A stretch of 64,000 nt of DNA from Macrostomum lignano (Eukaryota). The notes under the pieces were generated by a model that saw only the letters and a list, made by a program, of their open reading frames with translations, was not told the DNA's origin and searched no databases. The translations under genes were made by a program, and so were the position numbers. Shown here piece after piece: positions 57,801-64,000 of this stretch. The DNA is taken from assembly GCA_002269645.1 (NCBI GenBank), contig NIVC01000573.1, forward strand, positions 1 to 64,000. Direction: 5' to 3'. Within the stretch, counting starts at the first letter, position 1, and each line of letters starts with the position of its first letter.

Positions 57801-60574
57801 TCAGCCGGAATACTCGATGTTGGTGCCGCCGTACTTCCCAGCGGCTTCTGAGTCGCTAGCCTCATTGGCTTCATCAGCCTGAATGAGCAGCCGCCGGGCT
57901 TCGTCCGCGGCCTCCGAGCGCCAGTTGTAGGCCAGGATTGCCGGCACCATGAGAGACAGGGAGGCGAGCGCGAACCAGGTGGTGTAGCTGGTCTGGATGT
58001 GAAACTGGAACGGGTCCTCCTGCGCGCGCGGTGGGGAAATGCTTTGTGAAGTATGAGTCACCTTCAGTGCCGACCGACTCTTAGTGGTTGCTGGGATTTT
58101 TACTGGGCAATCCCATCGTGTCAGGAGTCCAGATCCCATATTGTCAGAAGTCCAGATCCCATATTGTCAAGAATCCAGATCCCATATTGTCAGGAGTCCA
58201 GATCCCATATTGTCAGGAGTCCAGATCCCATATTGTCAAGAGTCCAGATCCCATATTGTCAAGAGTCCAGAGATCCCATATTTTCAGGAGTCCAGATCCC
58301 ATATTGTCAAAGAGTCCAGAGATCCCATATTGTCAAGAGTCCAGAGATCCCATATTTTCAGGAGTCCAGAGATCCCATATTTTCAGAAGTCCAGATCCCA
58401 TATTTTCAGGAGTCCAGAGATCCCATATTTTCAGAAGTCCAGATCCCATATTGTCAGAAGTCCAGATCCCATACTATCAGGAGTCCAGATCCCATATTGT
58501 CAAGAGTCCAGAGATCCCATATTTTCAGGAGTCCAGAGATCCCATATTTTCAGGAGTCCAGACATCCCATATTTTCAGAAGTCCAGATCCCATATTTTCA
58601 GAAGTCCAGATCCCATATTTTCAGGAGTCCAGAGATCCCATATTGTCAGGAGTCCAGAGATCCCATATTGTCAAGAGTCCAGAGATCCCATATTTTCAGG
58701 AGTCCAGATCCCATATTGTCAAAGAGTCCAGAGATCCCATATTTTCAAGAGTCCAGATCCCATATTGTCAAGAGTCCAGAGATCCCATATTGTCAAGAGT
58801 CCAGAGATCCCATATTTTCAGCAGTCCAGAGATCCCATATTTTCAGGAGTCCAGATCCCATATTGTCAAAGAGTCCAGAGATCCCATATTTTCAAGAGTC
58901 CAGATCCCATATTGTCAGGGGTCCAGATCCCATATTGTCAAGACTCCAGATCCCATATTGTCAGCAGTCCAGATCCCACAGTGTCAGCAGTCCAGATCCC
59001 ACAGTGTCAGCAGCCCAGATCCCACAGTGTCAGCAGTCCAGATCCCACAGTGTCAGCAGTCCAGATCCCACAGTGTCAGCAGTCCAGATCCCACAGTGTC
59101 AGCAGTCCAGATCCCACAGTGTCAGCAGTCCAGATCCCACAGTGTCAGCAGTCCAGATCCCACAGTGTCAGCAGTCCAGATCCCACAGTGTCAGCAGTCC
59201 AGATCCCACAGTGTCAGCAGTCCAGATCCCACAGTGTCAGCAGTCCAGATCCCACAGTGTCAGCAGTCCAGATCCCACAGTGTCAGCAGTCCAGATCCCA
59301 CAGTGTCAGCAGTCCAGATCCCACAGTGTCAGCAGTCCAGATCCCACAGTGTCAGCAGTCCAGATCCCACAGTGTCAGCAGTCCAGATCCCACAGTGTCA
59401 GCAGTCCAGATCCCACAGTGTCAGCAGTCCAGATCCCCACCAGCCCCACCTGGAAGAAGGTCCAGAACAGGAACCCCAGCGGGGTGACCAGCGCGGACAC
59501 CACGGCCAGCAGGGTGGCGCCCTCGGCGTAGCGCAGCATGAGGCCGCCGCCGATGTAGGACACGGTGTACATGCCGATGAACATGGCGCCCCTGACGCCG
59601 GAGTCGGCGGGGCAGCCGTCGCCGCCGAAGAAGCAGGAGACGCCGAAGCGCCAGCTGTCACCGAGCTGCCAGAGGCTGTTGGCGTTGCCGTAGCCGGGCA
59701 CAATGTCCACCCAGAACAGGGCGAGCGCGGTGAGCAGCTGGTAGCAGCTGGTGCTGAACAGGAAGAAGATTAGGTTCAGCTGCCCGCCGCCGGCCGCCTC
59801 CAGCCGGTGCTTCAGCCACTTCTCCTGCAGGACGTTCATCACGGCGGCGGGGACGAAGCCGAGCATGAAGACGACAGGCCAGAGCACCCGGCCGATGCCG
59901 CGAGCTCCGCCCTCGGTTTCGGCGCCCAGCGAGGGCACCATGGTGGGCAGCAAGCTGACGACCAGCGCCAGGAAGACGCCGAGAGCGGCGAGACCCTTCA
60001 GCCGGCTGGGCGACTTGCGCAGCAGCACCAGGCGGAAGGTGACGGTCAGGGGGATCATGAAGTTGCTGAGGATCGGCTGCAGGGCCGGCAGGGTCCGCTT
60101 GCCGCTGGAGGCGAAGACCACCAGAACGCCGTTGAGGGCGTCGAAGAAGCCGATGAGGAAGAGCGCGAGCTGGGGGAAGCGGCGCTCCGTCTGTCCCAGG
60201 CTGCTGGGGCTGAGCAGCTTGATGGGGATGAGCAGCAGGCCGAAGATCAGCACGAAGCTGGTGCAGGCGAAGGTGTACACAAAGTAGCTGTCGATGCTGC
60301 GCCCGACCGTGCAGTTCGCCGGCTCGTGGCCTTCCCACTGCTGCAGCGGCTCCTCTTCTTCTAGAAGCAGCGGCGGGTCCTCAGAAAGCTCGCCGCCTGC
60401 GCTGCTGTTGCCTGTTGACCGGTTGCCGCAGGTGTCCGGCCGACCGGAGTCGATCCACAGCGGCAGGGAGACGTTCTGGCCGACCTGCCCGGCCACGGCC
60501 AGGAAGCCGAAGAACAGGTTGAGCAGGAGGACTCGGCGTCTGAGGCTGCTGCTTTGCTGCTCGCTGCTTGACAT
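57801..60574 (-). CDS. CRT-like (chloroquine-resistance-transporter-like, DMT superfamily) multi-pass transporter, complement(join(57801..58019,59450..60574)), 447 aa
   Basis: About 10 hydrophobic segments. LIGFFDALNGVLVVFASSGKRTLPALQPILSNFMIPLTV, FMLGFVPAAVMNVLQEK, YQLL..LFWVDIVPGYG, CFFGGDGC and LMLRYAEGATL resemble CRT-like/CLT family motifs. Phase-0 intron GTGGGG..GCGCAG. The ATG at 60574 was chosen within ORF 59375..60841. Confidence 0.82.
58120..59435. repeat. Intronic minisatellite, 23(/25) bp, switching from GAGTCCAGATCCCATATTGTCA(G/A) to GCAGTCCAGATCCCACAGTGTCA
   Basis: Period 23 (58201/58224; 59041/59064). Fills the intron of the CRT-like gene. Confidence 0.97.
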
Positions 60575-61024
60575 CGTTTCTTTTAATGGGTCTCTTCTAT
60601 TATTGAGTTGCGAAAGTTGCGCAAAAGCAGAAAGTGGAAAGCAGGAGGGCAGAAGCCACAGGACTCTTTGGTTTTGCTTGAAATCTGCGGCTGACTGATA
60701 AGGGAAGGCGTGCGGGGAGGGGCGCAGGCTGGCGCAAATCCGAAGCCAAAGGTTGCGACTGCTCGAGCGCAACTCTGCAGGGCTTGTGTAGCAACTGCTG
60801 ACAGTGCAGGTGGAGAAATGGGACTTACTCGCATTTGGCACTTTTCACTGGACAAATTCACTTCATGATTGCACTTTTAATGCTCTGCATTTCTGGCTGC
60901 TTTTTTCTGCCAGCGCCGATTTGAACTGCGCAAAGCCGCTGCAGGCACCCTACTACCGGCGAAGACAGGCGCGCTACTAACTAACGCTACGCATTATTTT
61001 GTTGTTATACAACCATTAGCCATT

Positions 61025-61320
61025 TAGACAGGGAGAGGCAGAGAGAGACAGGCAGAGGGCGGAGAGAGGGCAGGGACAGGGAGACTGTGAGGGGACAGGG
61101 AGAGGGCAGGGACGGGGAGACTGTGAGGGGACAGGGAGAGGGCAGGGACGGGGAGACTGTGAGGGGACAGGGAGAGGGCAGGGACGGGGATACTGGGAGG
61201 GGACAGGGAGAGGGCAGGGACAGGGAGACTGTGAAGGGACAGGGAGAGGGCAGGGACGAGGAGAGGACAGTGAGAGGGCAGAGAGTGACAGGGAGAAGGC
61301 AGTCACACAGGGAGTTCGCA
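61025..61320. repeat. Purine-rich minisatellite, about 35 bp (GGGACAGGGAGAGGGCAGGGACGGGGAGACTGTGA)
   Basis: Five to six tandem copies with degenerate flanks. Confidence 0.9.
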
Positions 61321-61914
61321 GACAGGGGCAGACTGAAGCGATAAATAATGAATTCACTTTGAAGAACCTGATCTGCAATTCACACACAGTTCACAGTCCA
61401 GAATGTACAATTCACAGTCCAGAGAAAGTTAACATGGAAAAATTTTATTAGTTGATCGCTAAACCAATGCGATGTCACGCGCCAGAGATCTGACAGGTGC
61501 TAACTGGCTAATGATGGTAATTAATTTGATCGGTGTGGCGAATAATTACAGCCAACTTGAAGTCAAAGAGCTTCAATGAAGCCAAGAAGGCATGTGGTGC
61601 GTGAAAAATATTGACTGATTTATAACTGTGCATTTGCGCGCCCTCGATGGGCACTGTGCTCGAACTCTGTGCTCTTCGAATCGGTAAAATTGGTGCGCAA
61701 GTGTTGCATCTGCTTCTATTCCTTAATAGACACGGTCTGCGTGTGATCCAGCATGCTAATTAACAACAGCAATGACAGAAAATCCTTGATGACACAAAAG
61801 AATTCATTAATTCTCCAGGTCTGCATGACGAGTTTCTTTGAGTTCCGAACAAATCTGAACCTGTTAATTAGTTGGTGACCTGCCTGCGGCTCAAAGAAGT
61901 TGCGAAAAAGGGAG

Positions 61915-62518
<604 letters not shown>

Positions 62519-62520
62519 CC

Positions 62521-63860
62521 TCAATCTTCTTCCCGCATGGCGACAGAGTTGCGGTCCGGCTCCGCGGCAACCCTGCTGCTGCGGCCGCCAAGATGGCAAG
62601 CGGCGGCCAGTCGCCGCAGAGCCTCCTGGTAGCCCCTGAGGAACTCCCGGTTGGTCAGGCCGTACACCAGGAAGTTGACGGAGGAGTTGGAGTGCGCCAA
62701 GAAGGTGCTGTATGCGTGCAGGTGTATCGGCAGGTGGTTGTTGTGGTCGAAGACAACCAGCACGGTGAACGGAGTCCAGCAGATGACGAGCACGGCGAAC
62801 ACGAGAAAGAGGGTCTTGGCCAGCCTGAAGGAGCTGAAGCTCTGCTGCTGCTGCTGCTGCTGCAGTTTCTGGACATTCTTGGTAACCTGGCGGATGCGCA
62901 GGAAGATCAGGGTGTAGCAGATGACGATGACGCAACACGGGAGGCCAACGGCAACGAAGCCGAAGAAGATGGTGTAGGACCTGGAGGCCAGGCGGTCCCA
63001 CAGGCAGGTGATGTTCTTCCAGTCGTAGGCGTGGCCGCCCCAGCCCAGAAAGTTGGGCATCTCCAGCAGGAAGCTGACGATCCACAGGGCCGCGCAGGTG
63101 GCCAGGGTGGAGCGGCGGGTGAAGACTGAGCGGTAGCGGGCGGGGTGGCAGATGTGGATGTACCGGTTGATGGCGATGGCGCCCAGGCTCAGCAGGGAGC
63201 AGTAGCAGGCGGTGAGGCACAGCGAGGCCACGAAGATGCACAGGACCGGCCGCTGCATGTAGTAGATCTGGCCGTGGAAGATGCCTGGGTGCATGGGGAA
63301 CAGCAGGCCCGTGGAGTTTTGAGGCAACAGTTTGCAGGGGGGGGGGCTCAATGAGGAGGAAAATCAATACTTTATCTACCGAAGCGGCAACTCACTGACA
63401 ATGCCAAACGGCTCGATAATCAGAGTCATGAGGAGGTCAGAGACGGCCAGATTCACCACGAAGAAGTTGTTGAGCTGGTGCAGCGACTGACAAATGGATT
63501 TGCGGGATTAACGTATTTACGCAGCACCTATAGTTCTCAGGTGTCTTCGATTTAACGACTAAATCCGAAATACTTAATGGACTAGCTTGTCTGGCCCTAA
63601 AGTGCACAGTGTAAGTCCACACAAGCTTCCTATGAAATAGCTCGTATTTTAGTGCCGTGGACTAGCACAGCTGCCCCTCTTTTGTGGTCCCGAACAGGCT
63701 AAATTGATTAATAATGGCTTATAGATTAATCCAAGAGTTCAAGTGAAAAGTAATTTACAACTCACTGGGCGCAGCACAACTGCCAGAATGACCAGCGAGT
63801 TGCCGATCCCGCCGAAAACAGAGCCAAGAAACAGGATCACCAGGCCCGGGTAGGTGACCT
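62521..63860 (-). CDS. Class A GPCR, melatonin-receptor/Moody-like, 5' partial, complement(join(62521..63284,63396..63486,63766..63860))
   Basis: TM1 GGIGNSLVILAV, TM2 NNFFVVNLAVSDL, TM3 AINRYIHICHP (NRY), TM6 CWTP, TM7 NSSVNFLVYG. GT-AG introns are phase 0 and 1. The acceptor at 63861 implies a further exon beyond the window. Confidence 0.9.
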
Positions 63861-63899
63861 CTGCGGGTTGCCGGGGCGGGACGAGATCAAGATATAATC

Positions 63900-64000
63900 T
63901 CCTCTCTCTTCTCTCCCCATCTCCTCTCTCTTCTCTCCCCATCTCCTCTCTCTTCTCTCCCCATCTCCTCTCTCTTCTCTCCCCATCTCCTCTCTCTTCT
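63900..64000. repeat. 22 bp minisatellite CTCCTCTCTCTTCTCTCCCCAT (truncated by window end)
   Basis: Tandem copies in the presumed first GPCR intron. Confidence 0.9.

Noticed and set aside
58053-59773. 467-561 aa plus-strand ORFs
   Set aside because: Antisense translations of the minisatellite inside the CRT-like intron.

Overview
Eukaryotic (animal) genomic DNA with spliced genes; no prokaryotic operons, rRNA, tRNA or CRISPR arrays were found. GC-rich exons inside minisatellite-packed introns suggest a flatworm such as Macrostomum, but the organism is an inference only. I hand-assembled nine gene models with consistent splice phases. On +: a divergent Rab-family GTPase (1-bp frameshift in the P-loop), FAM78, a short CDR2-like CC1-box protein, cytoplasmic dynein-1 intermediate chain, and a TGN38/KCT2-like type I membrane protein spanning 16 kb. 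On -: an orphan 155-aa gene, a frameshifted ALK/LTK-type glycine-rich domain gene, a CRT-like transporter, and a 5'-partial melatonin-receptor-like GPCR. Much of the window is tandem repeat, with a different unit in almost every large intron, and most long ORFs in the track are repeat artefacts. Two hAT-type non-autonomous elements have perfect 8-bp target-site duplications. The most notable observations are a miniature dynein-adaptor-like gene directly upstream of a dynein subunit gene, a minisatellite that appears to have expanded inside a MITE, and CpG-depleted zones near the 5' ends of two housekeeping genes. All coordinates and counts were read by hand; repeat boundaries are approximate.
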